This document shows positions 13,731-31,696 of a stretch of 64,000 nucleotides of DNA, in pieces. The notes beneath the pieces are model-generated. The model was given only the letters and a program-made list of their open reading frames with translations. It searched no databases and was not told the origin of the DNA. The DNA is taken from assembly GCA_964016885.1 (NCBI GenBank), contig OZ024750.1, positions 2,666,001-2,730,000 on the forward strand. Direction: 5' to 3'. Source of the stretch: Eledone cirrhosa (Eukaryota). Each line of letters begins with the position of its first letter. Positions within the stretch are counted from its first letter, which is position 1. Both the position numbers and the translations under genes were made by a program.

Positions 13731-15959
13731 GTCAAATCGCGACTCAGACTGAGATGTAGTCACTCCCTGCCGCCCTCTCTCCCCTTCCTTCGTTACTTCA
13801 TTCTCTTTTTTCTTCTTCTTTCCATTTCTTTTTTCGTTGTTGTTTCATTTAAATATTATTTTATTTAATTGTAAATATTACATTCACTAGTTTCAATTAA
13901 AGGAAGTGTGTACGCCGTATATATTTAACATTGTGGTTTCAGTAATTCGGTGTTTGTTTGATTTGTTTATAGTGAGCTCCCACTCTACCCCTGCTAAATA
14001 ACAAGGATGATCTCCTCCCTAATAGGAGCTGGTTTCAAGTCAACCCTGGGGGAACAGACTTACGATAAGAAAAACAAACATTCTAGCCATACTTTCTCTT
14101 CATTTTAAGGTTATTTTGGACATTATCTATTGTGTTCTCCCTCATTTAAAACAGAAAAGAGTGATTTGTTTGTTATTTCTAGAACATAATGGATCTTTCG
14201 TTGACGCGTATTATGGTCAAATTATCGTTTTTATTTTGCCGTCAGTTTCGACATATAGGTGTCCAAATCCTGCACAATCATAATTCAGAATCTATTTTCT
14301 TGCGGTAAGTCATTATTGTTGTTTACCATCTACATACTTTCCAACAATACACAAAGGCGGGATTTGGGTGTAATTTTTTATTTCTTACAGAACACAATAA
14401 TGATACTAAATTGAATGTTTTTGTATACAGACTTTTACCATGGATTGGCATAAACAGGGAAACAAAGCCGGCTTAATATTATGTATTGAGACAATAAGGC
14501 TAATATATGGATCTGTTAATCAATAACCTATCAACAGTATAAGATACAGTCAGTGGGAGTAAGTACGAATATAATAAGTTATAATTCAATAACAAATCTG
14601 AGATACTAAAATTGATAAATTCGGTCTAAAAGTAGAAAGTGACTAAAACGAAATGTAGAAGAAGTAGTTATAATTATTAAAATAATTTAATCCATACATT
14701 AAGAATTAAGGACACAGAACAACAACATATTTATATATATATTAATTACAAAATGTTTGTAAATTATAATCAGAAAAATATAAAGATGTTCATATGTAAA
14801 GTGTTTTTACCTTTAACTGCAACTCAGAAAATAAGACGGGAAGACATGACACTACACAATTAATACCTCCACAGCAGAGAGTTCCATTTATTTTAAAGTT
14901 TCTCTGTTTTATAAATGTTTCTATTTATTTAGAAGTACAAGTGTTAATATATCAATGAAGTTTCAGTTGAAGTATTATTACTAAACTATACAATTTAACA
15001 AACCCAAAGGAAAATTTTCAAAGCTGCTACTTGCAATTGCTGAAACATTTCCTTCAAAACGGTGCAGATTTATTTATATTACTATAGTAAATTTTATCCA
15101 GAATACTTCTAGACCTTTACTCACAGTTGTATAAATAACGTTTCAAATTGTTTATAATTTTTACAGAATGAAAATATAATCACAAAATAAAATATACAAT
15201 TAATTATTGCTAGAAACCTTATAAATATAATATACAAAAATATATAATAAAAGCGAGAGTAAAAAACACACCAATTCACCATTAAGTGCATCAATCAGTC
15301 ACACACTACGAAAGTCATAGACTCGAAGTAGATGTTGTAAAATAAATCTCTAATATACTGATTTAGATAAACCAACTTTACTACTTTATCTTCACAAATG
15401 AAAGAAGCTATTTAGCCCGTAAGAATGTCAGACACCATGAGTTGCGACCTAAGTTAAGGTAATTTGACATTTTTTCCACCATTAATTGTTAAAAAACAAG
15501 TTAAAATCATTTAGTCGTCCATTGGTAACGTACATTACACTTTATTTACAAACATACACGTAAATACATAAACATATACAGACGACAGAGGGAAGGGGCT
15601 GGTGAAATGTTATAGCGATGTGTGTTGCGTCCATTAAGGGTTTACCGGCTACATAGCCTATTCGGAAAATTATTGAAAGACACCCCCACTGATTTAAATG
15701 GGAGGTGAAATGTCCGAGAGATCCCTCACAATTCAGGGGAAAATCGTCCTTAGGACCGTAATGGGGAGTTTGTTTAATTGACAGCACACGAAAAAATGGA
15801 AGGGCAAAAATAATTTCTCAATGAAATCGTTTCTGGGTGACTTTATAATAATACCAAGATTATTTCATCAATAATTAATGATATTTTAGAATTTTATTCC
15901 GTTTTGCAATGGATGCAATGAACCTCATATTTACTGAAGAGTCCAGGATGTAGGAAGGA

Positions 15960-16200
15960 GCAAAATAGTAGCTAACTGCAGCCTCAAAAATGAGCCTTCT
16001 ACCTCTTACACAGGACGAAAGGCTAAGACCATCTGGGCTCTTTCAATGAACCCAGGACAATTCAGTTGGCTGTAGAATCGAGGGTGTATTGACTCGAACC
16101 AGAGCCCACTCAATAACCAGGTTCAGCTGGGTATGTCAAGGCAGGCAACCAGCACTCAGGTAACAAGACAACCTATGGAGACATTTGGAAGGATCTACCA
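15960..16200 (-). mobile_element. Decayed CRE-like retrotransposon fragment (zinc knuckle to PD motif)
   Basis: Minus frame reads HRLSCYLSAGCLP*HTQLNLVIEWALVRVNTPSILQPTELSWVH*KSPDGLS, matching H.LSC..SAGR..RH..LN..I.RAL....PS.LEP.......KRPDG. Confidence 0.7.
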
Positions 16201-17547
16201 CAACATGGAAGTTATGTCAAGGTTTTTAATGACCTCGTTATATTCAACTTTGACCTACTGAGGTCATATAACACTTTTCATAATCCCACTCTACATTAAC
16301 ATTGGAGTTAGAAATAAGAAAACCAAAATATCTCGTCAGATCCATCAGAAAGTTAACATGCCACCTTGTCAACCATCACAAATTATGCAGGACTTTCCAG
16401 TATTTTCTCTTTCACTCCACACTTTTTTATTCCGACACTCTTCTGGCTGGTAAGAAAAGGTATGTAAAAAAACTTGCTTTTATTGTAAATATTATAAATA
16501 ATTAAAAGCCCCAAACAATGTGTATAAAGAATTAAACCATTGATTTATTCAAAATGTTCAGTCTTAAAATACTTTCAAGAAATCGCCATAAGGTTTTTTT
16601 AATAGAATGTATCAATAAAGTGATTAAGTTTAGAAATGGCAATTAATAGGAGGGTTTCTACTTTTTGATACACTGTAGAGTTTTTCATTTCTTGTGATAA
16701 GTGCCATAGGTTTATTTATTTGAAAGAAGCTCTTTTAAATACCAGGTTAAAAATATATTTACTGTTTAATAACAAGACTCTTCGGTTGTGTCATAGACAT
16801 GACAACCTTCCTAGTGTTGGCGATCAACATGATAAACAGCCAGTACACTTCTGTAAAGTGGTTGGCAATAGGAAGGACATCGAGCTGTAGAAAACCTCCC
16901 AAACGAGGGGTCGTTAACACTCTTTAAGTATGCCAAGGATATAAGATATTAGCTAGTGTTAGTGCCACAATAAACCACACAACCTCTCAACATGTCCAAC
17001 ACTTGCTAACAGGGGAAAAGGTCATTAAATGATGATGGTAATTGTTTCTAATTTTGGCACAAGGCCAGCAACTATTCCAGTGTATTACTGGTACTTTATT
17101 TTATCGACCCCCGTAAGGATGAAAGGCAAAGTTAACCTCGGCGGGATTTGAACTCAGACTGTAAAAGAGCGTAACTCTATGCTGCAAAGCATGTCCGACC
17201 CTCTGCATGATGATAATGTTATTTTATCAGCCTGCTCTGCCATCTTTTATCCGTTTTAATTTGTTTAATATCAAGAGAAGCTACTTTCATTCACTTAGTA
17301 GACAGTGAGTTACATTCTTAAGATACTTTTAGGTAATTTTATAAAATTAGATGTTATTTAAAAGATGGGACCTCGTTTGAGATAAGGTGTAGAATCTAAA
17401 GAGAATCATCCTAGCTGTATGGATGTCGTGGTTGATATTACTGAATTGATAATGAACAGGTCTATCAGCTCCAGAGAAAAATAATTATTTCCCACTTAAT
17501 GTGAAAGGTGTGTAGTAGATCTGTGAAACACAAGTTACATTTCAACT

Positions 17548-18017
17548 GTGACTTGTACTTATGTACCAGTGACTTGTACCTATGTACCAGTCACTTGTAC
17601 CTATGTACCAGTGACTTGTACCTATGTACCAGTGACTTGTACCTATGTACCAGTGACTTGTACCTTGAAGCAGTGACTTGTACCTATGTACCAGTGACTT
17701 GTACCTATGTACCAGTGACTTGTACCTTGAAGCAGTGACTTGTACCTATGTACCAGTGACTTGTACCTATGTACCAGTGACTTGTACCTTGAAGCAGTGA
17801 CTTGTACCTATGTACCAGTGACTTGTACCTATGTACCAGTGACTTGTACCTTGAAGCAGTGACTTGTACCTATGTACCAGTCACTTGTACCTTGAAGCAG
17901 TGACTTGTACCTATGTACCAGTCACTTGTACCTTGAAGCAGTGACTTGTACCTATGTACCAGTCACTTGTACCTATGTACCAGTCACTTGTACCTATGTA
18001 CCAGTCACTTGTACCTA
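17548..18017. repeat. Minisatellite of interspersed 21-bp and 20-bp units (gtgacttgtacctatgtacca / gtgacttgtaccttgaagca)
   Basis: About 22 direct tandem units. Confidence 0.95.
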
Positions 18018-18591
18018 TCCGTATTGCCAGAATACAATTACTTTGCCTTGAACTATAACAATTTTTCTCTTTCTGATGAACTGCAATATTTTATTACGTA
18101 ATGCAAGAGATTGAGTATGGGACTATATAGTCAGCACATGTAGACGGTTATTGTGGAGAAACATATGTTAAGGAACTCTCCTTCTCACCAATTCTTCCTG
18201 GCACCGTACTTATTATATATATTGGGAAATGTGTGAGATCCTTGGTACAGTTCGGTATATTTGAAAAAAAAGGAAAGAATGACTTCACACTTACACAACC
18301 ACTTTACAGTGGTACATAAGCAGGAATATGTTCATCTCTGGTTGTACTTAACACTGTCTTAGTTAATTAATTAATTGTAATTTAGGTAGGTAGATATTAG
18401 CCTCTCTAAAACTAATTTAAACCGGGAAATACATTTCTGGAGACAAATTTCCACAAATTATCTCCCTTAGACCCATCACTACAGAATATTCGGTGAATTT
18501 AACAAAACCAGAAAATAATTTAATTCAGCATATATTCTATAGGTCCTATATTATATATATATATATGTAGATATATATATATATGTGTGTG

Positions 18592-18795
<204 letters not shown>

Positions 18796-18802
18796 ATATA
18801 TA

Positions 18803-18866
<64 letters not shown>

Positions 18867-18880
18867 TATATATATATATA

Positions 18881-18925
<45 letters not shown>

Positions 18926-18944
18926 ATATATATATATATTATAC

Positions 18945-19007
<63 letters not shown>

Positions 19008-19013
<6 letters not shown>

Positions 19014-19258
19014 GAAAGTAAAACAAAGAAGCCTTCAATACATCAAAAGTCTTTATGAGCCAACAATGTTTCGTCCTATTAAGGACTCATCAGGGCAATT
19101 AAAACAACAAGAAGTATTATCGGAGTTTTCGGCTTGTATTGGCCGATAATACTTCTTGTTGTTTTAATTGCCCTGATGAGTCCTTAATAGGACGAAACAT
19201 TGTTGGCTAATAAAGACTTTTGATGTATTGAAGGCTTCTTTGTTTTACTTTCATAATA
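19008..19258. mobile_element. Penelope-like inverted pseudo-LTR palindrome carrying a minimal hammerhead motif in each arm
   Basis: ~116-bp arms with 1 mismatch around a 19-nt loop; GCC-CTGATGA-GTCC ttaata GGAC-GAAAC att GTT-GGC then AATAAA at 19170-19214. Confidence 0.75.
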
Positions 19259-19390
19259 CTTCGGCTCTGTTTAATTACATTGAGCTATACCTTTACTGTC
19301 ATTTCTATAATACTAAGAGGGTGTTTAACTCCAACACGCTCCAGTATTTTAATCCTTATATATATATATATGTAGATATATATGTATATA

Positions 19391-19480
<90 letters not shown>

Positions 19481-19734
19481 TTGAAAATATTAACAAAATA
19501 GATATTCTTGTGATCAAGTATATTTTATTATACATATTTCAGAGGTACTGAGTTAAGTTCAACAGTACGTCCTCATCAGATAAAATGAGATGATGCATGA
19601 CATACCCTGACATAGTAGATGGTTAAGATTCAGCCTTAATTGTTGAGTGCTTCCAATCTATTGTAAAACTCATTCTTTAATGTATTCATTGAACCTTGTT
19701 TAACTTTTAAAGATATATATATATATATACACAC

Positions 19735-19791
<57 letters not shown>

Positions 19792-20085
19792 ATGTTCAGA
19801 ATTTCCGTGGAAAAGATAAAGGAAAGAAGAGTGCTCTATGTATTGTACAGAGCTATTTAATTGTGCTCGCTCACTATTAATAAGTCCCCTGGACATAAAC
19901 CCAACTATATTTTTTTAACTTCCTCTTTCTCCCCTCAGTTACTTACATGTGCCATTGTCCTGTGTTTCTCCCTTCGGTCTTTTCTCTTTCTTTGCTATCA
20001 CCTCTGTTTCGTTTTGTATTTCCCTCAAAACTTCTTGATATTGGTGTGAGAGGGAGTTCGTTGCTGCTGCCCTTAGGTTACCTTT

Positions 20086-20118
<33 letters not shown>

Positions 20119-20131
20119 CACATATATATAA

Positions 20132-20295
<164 letters not shown>

Positions 20296-20296
20296 C

Positions 20297-20347
<51 letters not shown>

Positions 20348-20492
20348 CACATATATATATATACATATATATATATATACATATATATATATACATATAT
20401 ATATATACATATATATATATATACATATATATATATTTACATATATATATATATTTACATATATATATATATTTACATATATATATATATAC

Positions 20493-20561
<69 letters not shown>

Positions 20562-20743
20562 CATATATATATACATATATATATATACATATATATATAT
20601 ATACATATATATATATACATATATATATGTATATATACATATATATATATATACATATATATATATACATATATATATATGTATATATATATATACATAT
20701 ATATATATACATATATATATATGTATATATATATATACATATA

Positions 20744-20875
<132 letters not shown>

Positions 20876-20901
20876 GAATATATATACATATATATACATA
20901 G

Positions 20902-20944
<43 letters not shown>

Positions 20945-21610
20945 GAATATATATACATATATATACATAGATATATATATATACATATATATACATAGAT
21001 ATATATATATATATACATATATATACATATATATATATATATGTATACATATATATATACTTATATATATATATATATACATATATATTTATATATATAT
21101 ATATATAAACTAGTTTTGCGAGGTTTTTTATATGAAATCGTGTGTCGAAACAAATATTGTTATACTTGGGGAAGGTCATATTTGTGTAATATTGCCAGAA
21201 TTAATAACAGAACACACTCACTGTTTCGTTGGTTTTCGCTTCTCGCTGTCTTTTATATCGGTAATCTAACTTACTCGGTCCTCAATGTTGCCATTGACTG
21301 ACCGACAGTCAAAAATAATACACATACAATATAGACACAAACACATATATATAGTTTATCATAAATCTTTCGTTGCACATCTGCAACATCGTCAGTGGTG
21401 TTATATTTTCCTCCTGTTGTGTTGTATGTCTACGCCATTTTTATTCAGTCTGTCTATAGACAAAGCATGGCGCCCGACTCTCCACCGATACTGCCAATCC
21501 ACATGAAATGATAATGACAATAATATATATATATGTATATATATATATATGTATGTATATATATATATATATATGTATGTATATTTATATATATGTATGT
21601 ATACATATAT

Positions 21611-21643
<33 letters not shown>

Positions 21644-21657
21644 TATATATATACACA

Positions 21658-21751
<94 letters not shown>

Positions 21752-21796
21752 TATACATATATATATATACATATATATATATATACATATTTACAT

Positions 21797-22296
21797 ATCA
21801 TCATCATCGTTTAACGTCCGTGTTCCATGCTTGCATGGGTTTGGACGGGGGTTTTCCCACTTGAGGCAAGGAGTGGTTGTCTTGCTCGCATAGGACTGTC
21901 TGGCAGGTTTTCTACAGTTGGATGCCCTTCCTAACACCAACCACATTTACAGTGTGGGTCTGGGAGGTTTTTACCGTGTTGCCTACACGGCCACATTACA
22001 GCGTGGACTGTGTGTTTTTTGTTGTGACACCTACACGATCTCATTTATTTCGGCCTGGATTTTGTGGCACCAACATAACTTTACATTGAAAGGGGCGGTG
22101 TGGATGAGGTGGGGGTGGTGGGACGTGTATTTTGTTAGAGATGCCTACTGGCTGTAGTAGGTTTTACTTTGTATTTAGGTAACGCGGGTCTTCTCTATTA
22201 CTGAGTACCGCCAAAGCTCTCGGTCCAGTGACATTGTCTTGGAGAGGTGTAAGTGTGTGAGGTCGGAATTTATCAGCTCGTCCCAGGTTTTTCTGG
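21797..22296 (-). mobile_element. Short 3' end copy of the RTE LINE family seen at 7700-9750
   Basis: PRKTWDE...MSLDRELWR, and a tail homologous to 9270-9750. Confidence 0.8.
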
Positions 22297-22345
22297 GATA
22301 TATATACATATATATATATACATATATACATATATATATATATAC

Positions 22346-22378
<33 letters not shown>

Positions 22379-22512
22379 CATATATATATACATATATACA
22401 TATATATATATATATACAAATATATATATACATATATATATATATACATATATATACACATATTTATACATATATATATATATATACATATATATACATA
22501 TATATACATACA

Positions 22513-22567
<55 letters not shown>

Positions 22568-22615
22568 ATATACATACATATATATATATATATACATACA
22601 TATATATATATATAC

Positions 22616-22652
<37 letters not shown>

Positions 22653-22814
22653 CATATATATATATATATATACATACATACATATATATATATACACATA
22701 TATATATACATACATATATATATATACATACATATATATATATACATACATATATGTATATACATACATATATATATATACATACATATACATATATATA
22801 TACATACATATATG

Positions 22815-22926
<112 letters not shown>

Positions 22927-23029
22927 CATATATATACATATATATATACATAGATATACATATATATACATATATATACATATACATACATATACATACA
23001 TATATATACATATACATACATATATATAC

Positions 23030-23095
<66 letters not shown>

Positions 23096-23275
23096 ATATA
23101 TATATACATATATATACATATATATATACATATATATACATATATATATATACATATATATACATATATATATACATATATATACATACATATATATACA
23201 TATATATATACATATATATACATATATATATACATATATATACATATATATACATATATATATACATATATATAC

Positions 23276-23324
<49 letters not shown>

Positions 23325-23391
23325 CATATATATATATACATATATATACATATATATATACATAGATATACATATATATACATATATATAC

Positions 23392-23448
<57 letters not shown>

Positions 23449-23469
23449 CATATATATACATATATATAC

Positions 23470-23550
<81 letters not shown>

Positions 23551-23607
23551 CATATATATACATATATATATACATATATATATACATATATATATACATA
23601 TATATAC

Positions 23608-23652
<45 letters not shown>

Positions 23653-23716
23653 CATATATATATATACATATATATATATACATATATATACATATACATA
23701 TATACATATATATACA

Positions 23717-23870
<154 letters not shown>

Positions 23871-23931
23871 CATATATATACATATACATATATATATACA
23901 TATACATATATATATACATATATATATATAT

Positions 23932-23978
<47 letters not shown>

Positions 23979-24021
23979 CATATATATACATATACATATA
24001 TATATATATACATATATATAC

Positions 24022-24089
<68 letters not shown>

Positions 24090-24302
24090 TATTTTCCGTA
24101 GTGTTGTAATATAAATATTACACACGGTAGATTGACAGCTCACGTAGAGTGTGCTCCACGGTTCCAGTTGTAGTTCCAAAAGTAATCCGGAGAAAAATAG
24201 AAAGATTTGAATGGATAGAGTTTAGTTAAAATAAATTCCTTTTAACTAAACTGTATCCATTCAAATCTTTCTATATATATATATATATATGTATGTATAT
24301 AT

Positions 24303-24344
<42 letters not shown>

Positions 24345-24357
24345 ATATATATATATA

Positions 24358-24502
<145 letters not shown>

Positions 24503-24568
24503 GTATATATATATGTATATATATATATGTATATATATATACATATATATATATACATATATATATAC

Positions 24569-25071
<503 letters not shown>

Positions 25072-25240
25072 CATATATATATACATATATATACATATAT
25101 ATATATACATATATATATATATACATATATATACATATATATACATATACATATATATATATACATATATATATATACATATATATATACATATACATAT
25201 ATATATATACATATACATATATATACATATATATATATAC

Positions 25241-25287
<47 letters not shown>

Positions 25288-25288
25288 C

Positions 25289-25333
<45 letters not shown>

Positions 25334-25446
25334 CATATATATACATATACATATATATATATACATATATATATATACATATATATATATACATATACAT
25401 ATATATATATACATATACATATATATATATACATATATATATATAC

Positions 25447-25509
<63 letters not shown>

Positions 25510-25601
25510 CATATATATATATACATATATATATATACATATATATATATGTGTATATATATGTATATAGATGTGTATATATATGTATATAGATATGTAT
25601 A

Positions 25602-25641
<40 letters not shown>

Positions 25642-25670
25642 CATATATATACATATATATATATATATAC

Positions 25671-25701
<31 letters not shown>

Positions 25702-25724
25702 CATATATATATACATATATATAC

Positions 25725-25757
<33 letters not shown>

Positions 25758-25768
25758 CATATATATAC

Positions 25769-25817
<49 letters not shown>

Positions 25818-25931
25818 CATATATATATATACATATATATATATACATATATATATATGTGTATATATATGTATATAGATGTGTATATATATGTATATAG
25901 ATATGTATATATATATGTATATAGATATGTA

Positions 25932-25984
<53 letters not shown>

Positions 25985-26093
25985 ATATATATATATATAT
26001 GTATGTATATATGTATATATGTATATATATATGTATATATGTATATATATATATATGTATATATGTATATATGTATATATATATGTATATATG

Positions 26094-26169
<76 letters not shown>

Positions 26170-26617
26170 GATATATATAGATATATACATATATATATAC
26201 ATATATGGTGGCTGCCAACTCGTTTTCGAGTACGGCCACTACTTTATATCCATGTAGGAGAACCCCTACCGATGCGCTGAACGAGTGTGACTTTTCAGTC
26301 CGGCCAGCGACTTGAAAACTTTGGTACAAACACTACACTTGTGACAATTATTGACACATAGTGCTGGGCCCATGGTACCATGCGACGACAAGTGCAGAGA
26401 GATCTCCAGATATAAAGCAATGCCTGTGCCGTGAAGCTTTTATAGTGAGCAAAGGCACTGCACAAAGCCAGTCCCACACTCTTAACCAAGATGATATTTA
26501 CCAAAAAGAAGAACAAGTCAACATCATTGGATACCATCAGGGTTGCAGGTGTTATATCAGAGTTTTCCTTCTCCTAGAATTCTGCCTTGACAAAGGCTAA
26601 GGGGTCATCTCTCCCGG

Positions 26618-26667
<50 letters not shown>

Positions 26668-26703
26668 GTATATATATACATATATACATACATATATATA
26701 TAC

Positions 26704-26741
<38 letters not shown>

Positions 26742-26748
26742 ATACATA

Positions 26749-26780
<32 letters not shown>

Positions 26781-26805
26781 CATATATATACATACATACA
26801 TATAT

Positions 26806-26874
<69 letters not shown>

Positions 26875-27116
26875 CATACATATATATGTATGTATATATG
26901 CATGTATATATATATACATATATATGTATGTATATATGCATGTATATATATGTATGTATATATGCATGTATATATATATATGTATATATATATATGTATG
27001 TATATATATATATATGTATGTATGTATATATATATATATGTATGTATATATATATATGTATATATATGTATATATATGTATATATATGTATGTATATATA
27101 TATATATATATGTATG

Positions 27117-27150
<34 letters not shown>

Positions 27151-27352
27151 TGTATATATATGTATATATATGTATATATATGTTTGTATATATATATATA
27201 TGTATATGTGTATATATGTATGTATATATATGTATATGTATATGTGTATATATGTATATATATATGTATATATATATGTGTATATATGTATATATATATG
27301 TGTATATATGTATATATATATATGTGTATATATGTATATATGTGTATATATG

Positions 27353-27384
<32 letters not shown>

Positions 27385-27512
27385 TGTGTATATATGTATA
27401 TATATATATGTGTATATATGTATATATATATGTGTATATATATATGTATATCTATATATGTATATATATATGTATATATATCTATATATATGTATATATC
27501 TGTATATATATG

Positions 27513-27545
<33 letters not shown>

Positions 27546-27816
27546 GTATATATGTATATACATATATATATACATATATACACATATATTTATATACATA
27601 TATATACATATATACACATATATTTATATACATATACATACATATATATATACATAAATATATATACCTACATATATATATATATACATACATATATCTA
27701 TACATACATATATATATACATTCATATATACATACATATATATACATTCATATATATATACATACATATATACAGATATATATATACATACATATATATA
27801 TATACATACATACATA

Positions 27817-27854
<38 letters not shown>

Positions 27855-28059
27855 CATATATATACATAGATATATATACATACATATATATATATACATA
27901 CATATATACATACATACATATATACATATATATATACATATATATACATATATATATACATATATATACATATATATACATACATACATATACATATATA
28001 CATATATATACATACATACATATATATATACATATATATATATACATATATATATATAC

Positions 28060-28109
<50 letters not shown>

Positions 28110-28186
28110 GTATATATGTATGTATATATATATGTATGTATATATGTATGTATGTATATATATATGTATGTATGTATATATATATG

Positions 28187-28369
<183 letters not shown>

Positions 28370-28626
28370 GTATATATATATATGTATATATATATATGTA
28401 TATATGTATGTATGTATATATATGTATGTATGTATATGTATGTATGTATATATATGTATATATATGTATATATATATGTATATATATGTATATATATATA
28501 TGTATATATATGTATATATATATGTATATATATATATGTATATATATATATGTATATATGTATATATGTATGTATATATGTATGTATATACATACATATA
28601 TATAGATACATATATATATATATATG

Positions 28627-28671
<45 letters not shown>

Positions 28672-28832
28672 GTATGTATGTATATATATATGTATGTATG
28701 TATGTATATATATGTATATATATGTATATATATGTATGTATGTATGTATATATATGTATATATATGTAGATATATGTATATATGTATATATATATGTATA
28801 TATGTATGTATATATGTATGTATATATGTATG

Positions 28833-28898
<66 letters not shown>

Positions 28899-28925
28899 CA
28901 TATATATACACATATACATATATAT

Positions 28926-28958
<33 letters not shown>

Positions 28959-29009
28959 ATAATGAAATGACAGGAGGCTGGATTTGTGTAAATCCTTGAA
29001 AGGTTTATT

Positions 29010-29067
29010 ATACTATGATCATTTCAATGACCGGGTTCCGTATGAATCCGGTGATATCATCAGGTAT
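29010..29067 (-). ncRNA. Minimal type I hammerhead ribozyme motif (Penelope-type)
   Basis: ATAC-CTGATGA-(accgg..ccggt stem II)-GAAA-TGATCA-TA-GTAT followed by AATAAA; palindromic stem III ATGATCAT. Confidence 0.65.
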
Positions 29068-29125
29068 TCGAAATATAATACGTGAATGTAATAGGTAAAA
29101 TCCATGGGGCTGAAAATCGATACCC

Positions 29126-29205
<80 letters not shown>

Positions 29206-29216
29206 CATATATATAC

Positions 29217-29247
<31 letters not shown>

Positions 29248-29282
29248 CATATATACATATACATATATATATACATATATAC

Positions 29283-29315
<33 letters not shown>

Positions 29316-29364
29316 CATATATATATGTATATATACATAAATACTTATATATATATATATATAT

Positions 29365-29411
<47 letters not shown>

Positions 29412-29430
29412 TATATACATATATATATAC

Positions 29431-29495
<65 letters not shown>

Positions 29496-29520
29496 TAAAT
29501 ATATATATATATATATATAC

Positions 29521-29584
<64 letters not shown>

Positions 29585-29615
29585 ATACATATATACATAT
29601 ATATATACATATACA

Positions 29616-29651
<36 letters not shown>

Positions 29652-29865
29652 CATACATACATACATATATATATATACATACATATATATATATACATAC
29701 ATATATATATATACATACATATATATATATACATACATATATATATATATACATATATATATACATACATATATATATATACATACATATATATATATAT
29801 ACATACATCCATACATATATATATATACATACATTATATATATATATATACATACATACATACAT

Positions 29866-29947
<82 letters not shown>

Positions 29948-29977
29948 CATATATATATACATATACATATATATACA

Positions 29978-30047
<70 letters not shown>

Positions 30048-30048
30048 C

Positions 30049-30095
<47 letters not shown>

Positions 30096-30143
30096 CATAT
30101 ATATATATATACATACATACATACATATATATATATATATACA

Positions 30144-30229
<86 letters not shown>

Positions 30230-30230
30230 C

Positions 30231-30276
<46 letters not shown>

Positions 30277-30289
30277 GTATATATACATA

Positions 30290-30321
<32 letters not shown>

Positions 30322-30382
30322 CATATAGATATGTACATATACATATATATATACATAGTACATATATATACATATATATATA

Positions 30383-30559
<177 letters not shown>

Positions 30560-30585
30560 ATATATATATACACATATATATATAC

Positions 30586-30672
<87 letters not shown>

Positions 30673-30679
30673 TATATAC

Positions 30680-30786
<107 letters not shown>

Positions 30787-30829
30787 CATATATATATACA
30801 TATATATATATATATACATATATATATAC

Positions 30830-30902
<73 letters not shown>

Positions 30903-31465
30903 AATATATATATATATACATACATATTTATATATATATACATACATATATATATATATATACATATGGACATACATATATATACATACATATATATACA
31001 CATACATATATATACATATATATACACATACATATATATACATATATATACACATACATATATATACATATATATACACATACATATATATACATATATA
31101 TATATACACATACATATATATACATATATATATATACATATACATATATATACATATATATATATACATACACGTATATATATACATATATATATATACA
31201 TACATACACATACATATATATATACATACATATATATATACATATATATATACATACATACATATATATATATATACATATATATATACATACATACATA
31301 TATATATACATACATATATATATACATACATACATATATATATACATACATATATATATACATACATACATATATATACATATATATATATATACATATA
31401 TCTATACATACATATATATATATACATATATATATATACATAAATATACATATATATATACATAC

Positions 31466-31518
<53 letters not shown>

Positions 31519-31555
31519 CATACATACAGATATATATACATACATACAGATATAT

Positions 31556-31586
<31 letters not shown>

Positions 31587-31665
31587 CATATAGATATATA
31601 TATACATATATATATATACATATATATATATACATACATATATATATATACATATATATATACAT

Positions 31666-31696
<31 letters not shown>

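Noticed and set aside
14811-14860. Possible ARP5 5' UTR exon with AAG|GTAAAA donor and a short uORF (MSSRLIF*)
   Set aside because: Plausible but cannot be supported without transcript data
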